From contig JADHQL010000002.1 in assembly GCA_016777965.1 (NCBI GenBank), forward strand, positions 50,642 to 114,641: a DNA stretch of 64,000 nt. Reading direction: 5' to 3'. This document shows, piece by piece, positions 9,136 to 17,315 of this stretch; position 1 is the stretch's first letter, and each line of letters begins with the position of its first letter. The stretch comes from Fidelibacterota bacterium. GTDB lineage: Bacteria; Fidelibacterota; Marinisomatia; Marinisomatales; Marinisomataceae. The notes beneath the pieces are model-generated. The model did not search any database. It saw nothing but the letters and a program-made list of their open reading frames with translations, and had not been told where the DNA came from. Made by a program: the position numbers and the translations under genes.

Positions 9136-10289
9136 AAAAAATATCATACATGACTGCCGGAGAATCACATGGAAAAGGTTTAATAGGTATTATCGAAGGT
9201 ATACCTGCTGGTCTTCAGCTTTCAGAAGAATACATTGCAGTTGATCTGTTAAGAAGGATGCAAGGTCATGGTAGAGGAAAAAGAATGCAAATTGAAAAAG
9301 ATTTTGCAGAAATTTTTTCAGGAGTACGCCATGAGTACACACTTGGATCACCTATTTCTCTTATCATTAAAAATTTAGATTGGGTTAACTGGGAAGATAG
9401 AATGGCAGTAGGTAAACCTAAAAAAGAACATAAAAAGGTAACAATGCCTCGACCTGGACATGCAGATTTAGCAGGCATGATGAAATATGATTTTGATGAT
9501 ATACGAAATGTTTTGGAACGATCTTCTGCAAGAGAAACTGCAATGAGAGTTGCAATTGGTGCTATTTGTAGAAAACTATTAGATGAGGTTGGAATAACCA
9601 TTGGTAGTAGAGTATATCAAATTCATGATGTTGTTGATACTAAAGAAGTTGACCATTCTTTAACGATGTCTCAATTAAATGATTTAGCCGATAAATCTTC
9701 CGTAAGATGTTTAAATAAAAATGCGGAAGAAAGAATGATTAACGTTATTGATGAAGCAAAAAGTAATGGAGATTCGGTTGGAGGTTCTTTTGAGGTTATT
9801 GCCAAGGGAATGCCTTATGGTTTAGGAAGTTATATCAATGCTGATGGAAAGCTTCAAGCTAGAATTTCCCAAGCAATGATGTCTGTGAATGCTTTTAAAG
9901 GCGTGGAGGTTGGAGCTGGTTTTGCTTCATCAGCAGCATTTGGAAGTGAACTTCATGATGAAATATTATTTGAAAATGACAAAATCACTCGTTCAAGAAA
10001 TAATGCTGGGGGTATTGAAGGTGGAATGAGTAATGCTCAACCAATACATGTAAAGGTGAGTATGAAACCTATTTCAACGCTCATAAAGCCCTTAAGATCG
10101 ATAGATTTGAATACTATGGAGCCCAAGCTTGCGCATAAAGAAAGGACAGATTCTTGTGCAGTTCCTGCGGCATCAATCATTGGGGAAAGTATGTTGGCCA
10201 TTGTCCTTGCGGATGCATTGCTTGAAAAGTTCGGAGGAGATAGTATTAAGCAATTAAAAAAACACATTAAAAGCAGTGGAAAATACTAA
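9129..10289 (+). CDS. aroC: chorismate synthase
   Basis: TAGESHGKGL, RPGHADL and ERSSARETA motifs. Confidence 0.95.
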   Translation: MLKKISYMTAGESHGKGLIGIIEGIPAGLQLSEEYIAVDLLRRMQGHGRGKRMQIEKDFAEIFSGVRHEYTLGSPISLIIKNLDWVNWEDRMAVGKPKKEHKKVTMPRPGHADLAGMMKYDFDDIRNVLERSSARETAMRVAIGAICRKLLDEVGITIGSRVYQIHDVVDTKEVDHSLTMSQLNDLADKSSVRCLNKNAEERMINVIDEAKSNGDSVGGSFEVIAKGMPYGLGSYINADGKLQARISQAMMSVNAFKGVEVGAGFASSAAFGSELHDEILFENDKITRSRNNAGGIEGGMSNAQPIHVKVSMKPISTLIKPLRSIDLNTMEPKLAHKERTDSCAVPAASIIGESMLAIVLADALLEKFGGDSIKQLKKHIKSSGKY

Positions 10290-10788
10290 TCAAATATATT
10301 TAATTGGAATGATGGGTTCTGGAAAATCTTCCACTGCAAAAGCCCTCTCTTTGAGTTTGGGATGGAATTTTATTGATATTGATAATGAACTAACCAAGTC
10401 ATTCGATATGTCTATAAATGAGTTATTTTTAAGGGGAGAAGAAAATTTTAGAAAGTTAGAATTTGCTGAATTGCAAAAACATATTTTAAAAGAAAATACT
10501 ATTATAGCTGTTGGTGCAGGAGCAGTATCCTGTAAAGATAGTTACGAATTGTTAAGCTCAAAACACTGCATTTATTTAAAAACATCTAAAAATATCTTAT
10601 TAGATAGGCTTAAAGATGACTATTCTAGGCCGTTATTAAATGTTCAAAATAAAGATGAGGTATTTGAAGAAATTATGCTTAAAAGAGAGCAAAAGTACGA
10701 AGCATTATGCAAAAGTAAGGTAATTACTGATAATCAGACTATTCAGGACAACTGCTACCAAATTATGGAGATAATTAATGTCCAATAA
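10276..10788 (+). CDS. aroK: shikimate kinase
   Basis: Walker A motif IGMMGSGKSS. 170 aa. GTG start with a 14-nt overlap with aroC. Confidence 0.9.
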   Translation: MENTNQIYLIGMMGSGKSSTAKALSLSLGWNFIDIDNELTKSFDMSINELFLRGEENFRKLEFAELQKHILKENTIIAVGAGAVSCKDSYELLSSKHCIYLKTSKNILLDRLKDDYSRPLLNVQNKDEVFEEIMLKREQKYEALCKSKVITDNQTIQDNCYQIMEIINVQ

Positions 10789-11845
10789 GATTAAAGTTGA
10801 TTTAGGAAAAAATAGTTACAATATCAGTTTAATTGAAGGTTTCAAAAATTCAGTTGTGAAGTTTGCATCTTCTACAAAATCACAATGTATGTTAATTACT
10901 CAAAAAGAGATTCTAAATCTTTACAAAGACGAAATAAACGAGCTTTCTAATTTACCTAATGTAAATATTTTTTTGATTGATCAGGGTGAAAATGCGAAAT
11001 CATTTGAGTCTATTTCTTTAATTGTAAATGAGATGGCAAAAAAACATTTTGATAGATCATCATTAGTTTTTGCAGTAGGCGGAGGAGTAGTTGGAGATGT
11101 TGCGGGCTTTGCATCATCAATTTTTATGAGAGGAATTAAATATATTCAATATCCAACCACGTTACTTGCAATGGTCGATTCTGCTATAGGTGGAAAGACA
11201 GGAATAAATTTAAAGGATGGTAAAAATTTAGTTGGAAGAATATATCAACCTATAGCTGTAGAAATTGATACAAATTTTTTATCAACTTTGCCAGATAGAG
11301 AACTGCAAGCTGCTCTTGCAGAGGTTATAAAATATGGCTTTATTTATGATAGAGAATTTTTTGATTATTTAGTTGTTAATTCAATAAAAATTGAAAATAA
11401 AGATATAGATGTTTTACAAAAAATAATTATCCAATGTTGTGAAATAAAAAGCGGCATTGTTAGTGAAGATGAAAATGAGAATGAATTAAGAATGATTTTA
11501 AATTTTGGTCACACAGTTGGGCATGCACTTGAATCATTTACTAATTACAAAAATTTATTACATGGAGAAGCAATTTTTTATGGAATGAAGTGCGCATTAT
11601 ATCTTTCCAATAAATTTGGAAATTTATCTAATGATGAATATGATATATCCACTCAATTATTATCTAAATTTAAATTACCAAAACTTGATATTGATAACAG
11701 AGAGACTTTTATTAATTTTGTCAAGAATGACAAAAAATTTAGAGAGAAAAAAATTAGATTTATTTTATTAGATGAAATTGGTAAATCAAGAATGAGTGAA
11801 GATATCACATTTGATCAAATCAAAGAAAGTTTGAGCGTGTTATGA
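10778..11845 (+). CDS. aroB: 3-dehydroquinate synthase
   Basis: GGGVVGDVAGFAAS-type glycine-rich motif, PTTLLAMVDSAIGGKTGIN, and metal ligands in the GHT.GHA context. Confidence 0.95.
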   Translation: MSNKIKVDLGKNSYNISLIEGFKNSVVKFASSTKSQCMLITQKEILNLYKDEINELSNLPNVNIFLIDQGENAKSFESISLIVNEMAKKHFDRSSLVFAVGGGVVGDVAGFASSIFMRGIKYIQYPTTLLAMVDSAIGGKTGINLKDGKNLVGRIYQPIAVEIDTNFLSTLPDRELQAALAEVIKYGFIYDREFFDYLVVNSIKIENKDIDVLQKIIIQCCEIKSGIVSEDENENELRMILNFGHTVGHALESFTNYKNLLHGEAIFYGMKCALYLSNKFGNLSNDEYDISTQLLSKFKLPKLDIDNRETFINFVKNDKKFREKKIRFILLDEIGKSRMSEDITFDQIKESLSVL

Positions 11846-12273
11846 AATTAATTATCGTGAATGGGCCAAACCTGAACTTGCTTGGCGAAAGAGAGCCTGA
11901 AATCTATGGTAGTGAGACCCTGAATCAAATCAATACATGGATTCAGAATCATGAATTGTGCCACAATTTAGAACTTGAATTCTTTCAATCGAATTTGGAA
12001 GGTAAAATAATTGACTTTTTACATTCAAAAAGAGGAAAAGTAGACTATTGTATATTAAACGCTGGCGCACTGACTCATTATTCATATGCATTAAGAGATG
12101 CCATAGTTGGAACTCAAATTCCTACGGTTGAAGTACATTTGTCAAATATTCATAAACGAGAAAATTTTAGAAAAACTTCCGTTATTAAAAATGTTTGTAT
12201 TGGACAGTTTTTTGGTGAAGGAAAACAAAGTTATATAAACGGTATAAAGCATATTTTGGAGATAAAAAAATGA
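11842..12273 (+). CDS. aroQ: 3-dehydroquinate dehydratase, type II
   Basis: The N-terminus I.NGPNLNLLGEREPEIYG and the later LNAGALTHYS..LRDA are hallmark type II motifs. Confidence 0.95.
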   Translation: MKLIIVNGPNLNLLGEREPEIYGSETLNQINTWIQNHELCHNLELEFFQSNLEGKIIDFLHSKRGKVDYCILNAGALTHYSYALRDAIVGTQIPTVEVHLSNIHKRENFRKTSVIKNVCIGQFFGEGKQSYINGIKHILEIKK

Positions 12274-12836
12274 AAGTAGGTATTCAAGGAATTGAAGGAA
12301 GTTTTAGCGAAGAAGCTGCAAAATCATATTGTGAAAAATTTGGAATTAAAGATTTTGAATTAAAATATCTTGTTAGTTCAATGAACGTGCTTGATAGTTT
12401 ATCAAGTAATTCAATTGATACAGGAATATTTGCTATGGAAAATGCTCAAGGAGGAGTGGTAATTGAAAGCGTAGAAGCTTTAGCAAAAAATCAGTGTCAA
12501 ATCATTGACATGTTTTATGTAGAAATCAGCCAAAATTTATTAGCAATAGAAGGAGTTTCAGTCGGAGATATTGAAGAAATTCATTCACATGAACAAGCAT
12601 TAAAACAATGTAAAGACTATTTGGCTGAAAAATTCTGGTCAAAAAAGCTAGTTGAGAAGGATGATACTGCTAAGGCAGCTAAAGATTTAGCTGAGGGAAG
12701 ATTGTCGAAACAAGTAGCAGTTATTGCAAGTAAATTTTCCGCAAAGAAATATGGACTTAACATTCTTGAAAATGATATACATGATCTAAAGAGAAATTTA
12801 ACTTTATTCTTGGCTGTAAAGAGGTTAGACTCATGA
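12270..12836 (+). CDS. pheA: prephenate dehydratase, catalytic (PDT) domain only, no ACT domain
   Basis: 188 aa. N-terminus GIQGIEGSFSEEAA, then ENAQGGVV and H.QAL.QC. The protein ends right after the NLTLF segment, which corresponds to the usual N.TRF. The next gene overlaps by 4 nt, so there is no room for a regulatory domain. Confidence 0.8.
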   Translation: MKVGIQGIEGSFSEEAAKSYCEKFGIKDFELKYLVSSMNVLDSLSSNSIDTGIFAMENAQGGVVIESVEALAKNQCQIIDMFYVEISQNLLAIEGVSVGDIEEIHSHEQALKQCKDYLAEKFWSKKLVEKDDTAKAAKDLAEGRLSKQVAVIASKFSAKKYGLNILENDIHDLKRNLTLFLAVKRLDS

Positions 12837-13546
12837 ACAAAGTTAGCATCATAGGGTTTGGTAGATTTGGAGCAATGCTCCATGCTTTACTGTCTAAAGG
12901 TTTTCAAGTTGATGTTTTTGATAAAAACCCTATCGATAACTCAGAAATCAATGAAGTTTCTCTTGAAGATGCTCTTAAAAATGAGACTATTTTCATTGCT
13001 GTTCCTATTAGAGATTTTAAAGAGCTAATAGTCGATATCTCAGATAAAATTGAAAGCGGAAAGACTTTAATAGATGTTTGTTCGGTAAAGGTATTTCCCA
13101 AAAAAGTGATGAAAGATAACTTGCCTGCTCAAACAGACATAATAGCAACACATCCATTATTTGGTCCTGATTCCTTAAAAGATAGTGGTTCAGTTATGAC
13201 AATGGAATCTGTGCGAAATAATTTTGAAAGATACGATTTTTGGAAAAACTATTTTGAAAGTCAAAATATTACCATTGAAGAAATTTCTGCTGAAGAGCAC
13301 GATATGATGGCTGCAAGATCACAAGGATTAACCCACTTTGTTGGAAGAGTAATTGATGATTTTGGAACAAATCAAACTAGAATTGATACAGAAGGCTATA
13401 AAGCATTGCATAAGCTTGTCAGTCAAACATGTAACGATACCTGGGAATTATTTGAAGATATTCAAAATTTTAATCCATATACCGAAAAAATGATTTCGGA
13501 ATTAAATGGAAGTTTCAAAAAAATTAGCGAAATTATAGATAAATAA
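12833..13546 (+). CDS. tyrA: prephenate (or arogenate) dehydrogenase, short form
   Basis: Rossmann N-terminus VSIIGFGRFG, then DVCSVK and HPLFGP motifs. 237 aa with no C-terminal ACT domain. Confidence 0.8.
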   Translation: MNKVSIIGFGRFGAMLHALLSKGFQVDVFDKNPIDNSEINEVSLEDALKNETIFIAVPIRDFKELIVDISDKIESGKTLIDVCSVKVFPKKVMKDNLPAQTDIIATHPLFGPDSLKDSGSVMTMESVRNNFERYDFWKNYFESQNITIEEISAEEHDMMAARSQGLTHFVGRVIDDFGTNQTRIDTEGYKALHKLVSQTCNDTWELFEDIQNFNPYTEKMISELNGSFKKISEIIDK

Positions 13547-13556
13547 GGGGAACATT

Positions 13557-13919
13557 ATGGATAATATTTTAAATAAAATTAGTATCAGCTTAATTATTTT
13601 AGGCATAGCATTTTATGCTATTGCTATGACTTTTACTGCGCTCATTCCTTCAATTTTAGGGTTGTTGATGCAAATTGTTTTATTTTTAGGAAGAACTTTT
13701 CCAAAATTTCACAAACATTTTGCACATGTAAATGTATTGATATTAATTCTTGGTATTGGAGCTACTTTTGGAACTGTTTCTGATTTAGCTGGTTATCTTT
13801 TAAGTGGCAACGAGCTAGAAAGGCCTTTAGCAACCGTTGAACAGTTTACAACTTTTGTTTTATGTCTTGTTGGATTTATAATGTCAGTAAAGTCATTTAT
13901 AAATGCTAGAAAGAGTTAA
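13557..13919 (+). CDS. small integral membrane protein, unknown function
   Basis: 120 aa with about 4 hydrophobic helices. No recognisable motif. Confidence 0.5.
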   Translation: MDNILNKISISLIILGIAFYAIAMTFTALIPSILGLLMQIVLFLGRTFPKFHKHFAHVNVLILILGIGATFGTVSDLAGYLLSGNELERPLATVEQFTTFVLCLVGFIMSVKSFINARKS

Positions 13920-13982
13920 TTGAAACTTTTTTTAAATAACAGTGTTTAAAGAAGTACATATGATTAATAAACAGGAGAAATC

Positions 13983-14504
13983 ATGAAACAATTACTTATT
14001 TTATCAATATTCTTAACAAGTATTTTTGCTCAAGGTCAGTTGCAACGTAAAAATTCAGAAGATATGGAAAAAATGGAAATGCGTAAAAAACGTGTTGAGC
14101 AATTACAAAATCAAAAAGAATCTACTATGATTGGGCTTCAAACCAATTATTTAGATTTATCACCTGAACAAGCACAACAGTTTTTTCCAATGCAAAAAGA
14201 GTACAAAGACCAAGTACGCGAAGCACAAAAGCAATATCGCGAGAAGGTAGGTAAGCTGCGATCTAAAGCAAAGGATGTATCAAAGTTTGACGTAGATACT
14301 GCAATAAAGTATCAGCTTGAAATGAAGGAAGAGTTAGCTAAACTAGAATCTGAGTTTTTGAAAAGTACTACTAAGGTTTTAAGTAACGAACAAAGAACAA
14401 AGTTAGTTTTTCAAGAAGAAAGAATGAAGTCTGAGGCTACAAAACGAGTCGCTAATAGAACTTCAGAGATTTCAAAAAGAAAATTTGACAGAAAGAAAAA
14501 TTAA
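13983..14504 (+). CDS. periplasmic Spy/CpxP-like (LTxxQ-motif) protein
   Basis: Signal peptide, highly charged helical sequence, and two L(S/T)xxQ motifs (LSPEQAQQF, LSNEQRTKL). Confidence 0.6.
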   Translation: MKQLLILSIFLTSIFAQGQLQRKNSEDMEKMEMRKKRVEQLQNQKESTMIGLQTNYLDLSPEQAQQFFPMQKEYKDQVREAQKQYREKVGKLRSKAKDVSKFDVDTAIKYQLEMKEELAKLESEFLKSTTKVLSNEQRTKLVFQEERMKSEATKRVANRTSEISKRKFDRKKN

Positions 14505-14536
14505 GATAATTTTATAGTACGAAAAAAAGGAGTTTT

Positions 14537-15424
14537 ATGAAAAAACTATTATTAATGTTTGCACTAATTTTTATGGTCACTTCATGTGATGATAACATGT
14601 CATATATGGAAGAAATGACCGATTTACAGCTTATTGAAGCTATTGCTAATAATCCAAATAAATTTGAAGTGGATGGCGTAGATATTCCTCAAGCTTCACA
14701 GTTTGTGGTTGCAGCAGAATATTATGATTATATGTTGATAAGTGCTGAAATTTCTCCAGAACATGGATATTTAATTTCAATGGGAGATATGGCGCTTGAT
14801 GCTGGTGATGTTACTGAAATTTTCTTTGCTAAAGATGGTAGAAAGTTAGGTAATAGAGAAGGAATGGATGATAGGAAAAGACATAATAAAAGATGTTTTA
14901 AGTTTGTATTTCCAATGACTTTTTCATTAGGAGAAACATCATATACTGTTAATGACTACAAAGAATTCAGAGCAGCAATGAAAGCTCATTATGAAGAAAC
15001 TGGCGAAAAACAAAGACCTGCATTTGCTTTCCCAATTCAAATCCAGTTTAAAGGAGAAGAAGAAGCAGTTGCAGTTAATTCAGACGAAGAATTAAAAGCA
15101 GCATTTCAGTCATGTAGAGGTGAACAAAATGATAAGAAATGTTTCACATTTGGTTTTCCAGTAAGCTTTACAATGCCAGATGGTACAATTCTTACTGCTG
15201 AAGACGAAGAGGACTTAGAAGAAAAAATGAAAGCTTTCTATGAATCGTACGAAGGCAGAAAGAAAAGACCTCGTGTTGTTTTCCCTGTAGATTTAATGTT
15301 TGAAGATGGATCCTCACTTACAGTGAACTCTGTTCAAGAAATGAAACAGGCTTGGAGAGATAATTGTAGAAAAAGAGGTAATGATGATGAAAGTGAAGGC
15401 GGAAGCGAAGGTACTCGCGGATAA
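14537..15424 (+). CDS. lipoprotein with internally repeated CFxFxFP modules, unknown function
   Basis: Lipobox MVTSC. The C-terminal 160 aa form 4 related units (see the repeat feature). The tail is acidic and Gly-rich. Confidence 0.7.
   Translation: MKKLLLMFALIFMVTSCDDNMSYMEEMTDLQLIEAIANNPNKFEVDGVDIPQASQFVVAAEYYDYMLISAEISPEHGYLISMGDMALDAGDVTEIFFAKDGRKLGNREGMDDRKRHNKRCFKFVFPMTFSLGETSYTVNDYKEFRAAMKAHYEETGEKQRPAFAFPIQIQFKGEEEAVAVNSDEELKAAFQSCRGEQNDKKCFTFGFPVSFTMPDGTILTAEDEEDLEEKMKAFYESYEGRKKRPRVVFPVDLMFEDGSSLTVNSVQEMKQAWRDNCRKRGNDDESEGGSEGTRG
14894..15367 (+). repeat. intragenic protein-level repeats: 2 x (about 75-80 aa) Cys-bracketed modules, each made of two FP-x-h-x-F half-units
   Basis: The four units are CFKFVFPMTFSLGETSYTVNDYKEFRAAMKAHYEETGEKQRP, AFAFPIQIQFKGEEEAVAVNSDEELKAAFQSC, CFTFGFPVSFTMPDGTILTAEDEEDLEEKMKAFYESYEGRKKRP and RVVFPVDLMFEDGSSLTVNSVQEMKQAWRDNC. 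Confidence 0.7.
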
Positions 15425-15446
15425 CTCCATTTTTATTGATTGTTTG

Positions 15447-15479
15447 AAAAAGGGCTACAAAATTTTAGCCCTTTTTTTT
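15447..15479 (+). terminator. rho-independent terminator
   Basis: AAAAAGGGCTA (15447-15457) pairs with TAGCCCTTTTT (15466-15476) around an 8-nt loop. A T-run extends to 15479. Confidence 0.8.
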
Positions 15480-15529
15480 ATATCTAAAGAGAATTGCATT
15501 TTCAACTTTTTTTACTAAATTGCCAAACT

Positions 15530-16183
15530 ATGAAGATTTTTTTAGATACATCAGACGTAAAAGTCATTCGTAAATATTGTGAAATAGGACTCATAGATGG
15601 AGTAACTACGAATCCTACTTTAATGAAACAAGCGGGAAGAAATCCAGTAGAGGTAATTTCTGAGATTTCCTCCTTATTTAACTCAGATGCAAGTATAAGT
15701 GCTGAAGTGGTTGCTGATTCTGCAAAAGATATGATTATACAAGCCGAACAGTATCATTCAATAAACAAAAACGTTACAATTAAAGTTCCTTGTACCTACG
15801 AAGGATTAAAGGCATGCAAAAAATTGTCTGATAGAGATATTAAAGTTAATGTAACATTAATTTTTTCTTTAAATCAGTCAATTCTTGCTGTAAAGGCAGG
15901 TGCAACTTACATCTCACCATTTATTGGAAGATGTGAAGATAATGATATAGATGGAATTGATTTAATTTCTTCAATAAGAAAAATATTTAAATTAAATAAT
16001 ATCACAAAAACACATATACTAGCCGCTTCAATAAGAAATATTGATCATATTAATGATTCATATAAAGCTGGAGCTGATATTGTAACACTTCCTCCAAAAA
16101 TTTTTGAAGAAATGTATAAACATTTTTTAACTGATCAAGGACTTGCTCAGTTCGATAAAGATTGGAAAGAGTTAAATAAATAA
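15530..16183 (+). CDS. tal: transaldolase / fructose-6-phosphate aldolase (short, subfamily 3B type)
   Basis: MKIFLDTSDV......GLIDGVTTNPTL, the Schiff-base Lys context VTIKVPCT, and ATYISPFIGR. ATG 15530 is preferred over the track's TTG at 15494. Confidence 0.9.
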   Translation: MKIFLDTSDVKVIRKYCEIGLIDGVTTNPTLMKQAGRNPVEVISEISSLFNSDASISAEVVADSAKDMIIQAEQYHSINKNVTIKVPCTYEGLKACKKLSDRDIKVNVTLIFSLNQSILAVKAGATYISPFIGRCEDNDIDGIDLISSIRKIFKLNNITKTHILAASIRNIDHINDSYKAGADIVTLPPKIFEEMYKHFLTDQGLAQFDKDWKELNK

Positions 16184-16186
16184 TTT

Positions 16187-16259
16187 GGGGCTGTAGCTCA
16201 GTTGGGAGAGCGCGTGGATGGCATTCACGAGGTCGTCGGTTCGATCCCGTCCAGCTCCA
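16187..16259 (+). tRNA. tRNA-Ala (anticodon GGC)
   Basis: Hand-folded cloverleaf with acceptor GGGGCTG/CAGCTCC, including the G3:U70 Ala identity pair. The anticodon loop is ATGGCAT and the T-loop TTCGATC. There is one U-U mismatch in the T stem. CCA is not encoded. Confidence 0.85.
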
Positions 16260-16347
16260 CATTCAAATTGTTTATAAGGTTTACTATTCCAATTATCGTA
16301 AAAATTCCCTAATATTATTAAATGTTAAAAAATAGGGGGAGGTAATT

Positions 16348-17292
16348 GTGAAAGATAAATTCGCAGTGCAATCAATATTTCTTTATGTTTTATTTCTAGT
16401 TCTTGTAAATAATCTATCTATTAATTATGAAGGAGTAGAATCTTCAGGAGAGTTTATGCCATTTAATGGCGATGAAAATGAGCTTAACGGAAATGCGTAT
16501 GTTTTGGCTAGTGATGATTATATGGCTAAGGCAAAGGAGCTATCTGAAGCTTACTCAAATCTCGATAAAGATAAAGTAAAATCACTTTTAAATGATGATA
16601 TGCAAGCTTTTGCTGATCAAATGGATAAATATGAGTCATATTCATGGAATTCATGGGCAATGATTCCATTAAGAAACATTGGAGCTGATGGAGCATTTGT
16701 AGTATCAATGTCTTACGATCAATCAAAGCAAAGCAATGGATCCAAACAGGCTTCAAATTACATTGACGTCATATTTTACAATGATGATGATCAAGGTAAA
16801 GTTTCCGGTATTTGGAGCACAAATCGTGTTGATGTTGAAAACAGTGAGTATGGTTTAAATGAAGGCGGAAAATTTTTTGGAAGAGGAGAAAGTGAGTATA
16901 CTGGAAGACCTCTAGTTTTCTCAAACAGAGGTGAGGTAGAAACTCTAGAAAAGCTTTTTGAGGCTTATAATAAAATGGATGGAGAAGCTGTAGCTTCTTA
17001 TTTTGCAGATGAGTGGACTTTTAGAGCTGCAGAAGGCGGTACATCTGAAAGAACAAGCGAAGGAATGAAATCTTTGTTTGATAATCTTTCTGCTGTCGAA
17101 TGGACTCCATTTTCTATGGCTCCTCTAAAAATTAAAGATACAGACCCGCAGTCAGGAGTAACTGTTTATTCAAGAGAAAAAAGAGTGAACAATGATGGTG
17201 AAGTATGGGAAAAAGAGCTTGTAGAGCTTTTTTATTTTGATCTTGATGGTAAGATTAGTGGAGTTGAGCAATTCCAAAGAGATATAGAATAA
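16348..17292 (+). CDS. exported protein with two NTF2/SnoaL-like halves (paralog 1)
   Basis: GTG start after AGGGGGAGG. N-terminal hydrophobic anchor. Shares long motif blocks with the next gene. Each half ends in the NTF2-like pattern ...F.F(D/N)..GK(V/I)SG. Confidence 0.6.
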   Translation: MKDKFAVQSIFLYVLFLVLVNNLSINYEGVESSGEFMPFNGDENELNGNAYVLASDDYMAKAKELSEAYSNLDKDKVKSLLNDDMQAFADQMDKYESYSWNSWAMIPLRNIGADGAFVVSMSYDQSKQSNGSKQASNYIDVIFYNDDDQGKVSGIWSTNRVDVENSEYGLNEGGKFFGRGESEYTGRPLVFSNRGEVETLEKLFEAYNKMDGEAVASYFADEWTFRAAEGGTSERTSEGMKSLFDNLSAVEWTPFSMAPLKIKDTDPQSGVTVYSREKRVNNDGEVWEKELVELFYFDLDGKISGVEQFQRDIE

Positions 17293-17315
17293 TTTTTTAA
17301 TAAAATGAGGTAAAA

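Noticed and set aside
16050-16262. 70-aa minus-strand ORF overlapping the tal 3' end and tRNA-Ala, and the plus-strand ORF 24374-24592 overlapping tRNA-Gly
   Set aside because: These reading frames run through tRNA genes (WTGSNRRP..., SSAGRAQPCQGWGRAFESR...). They are classic artefacts of translating tRNA sequence.
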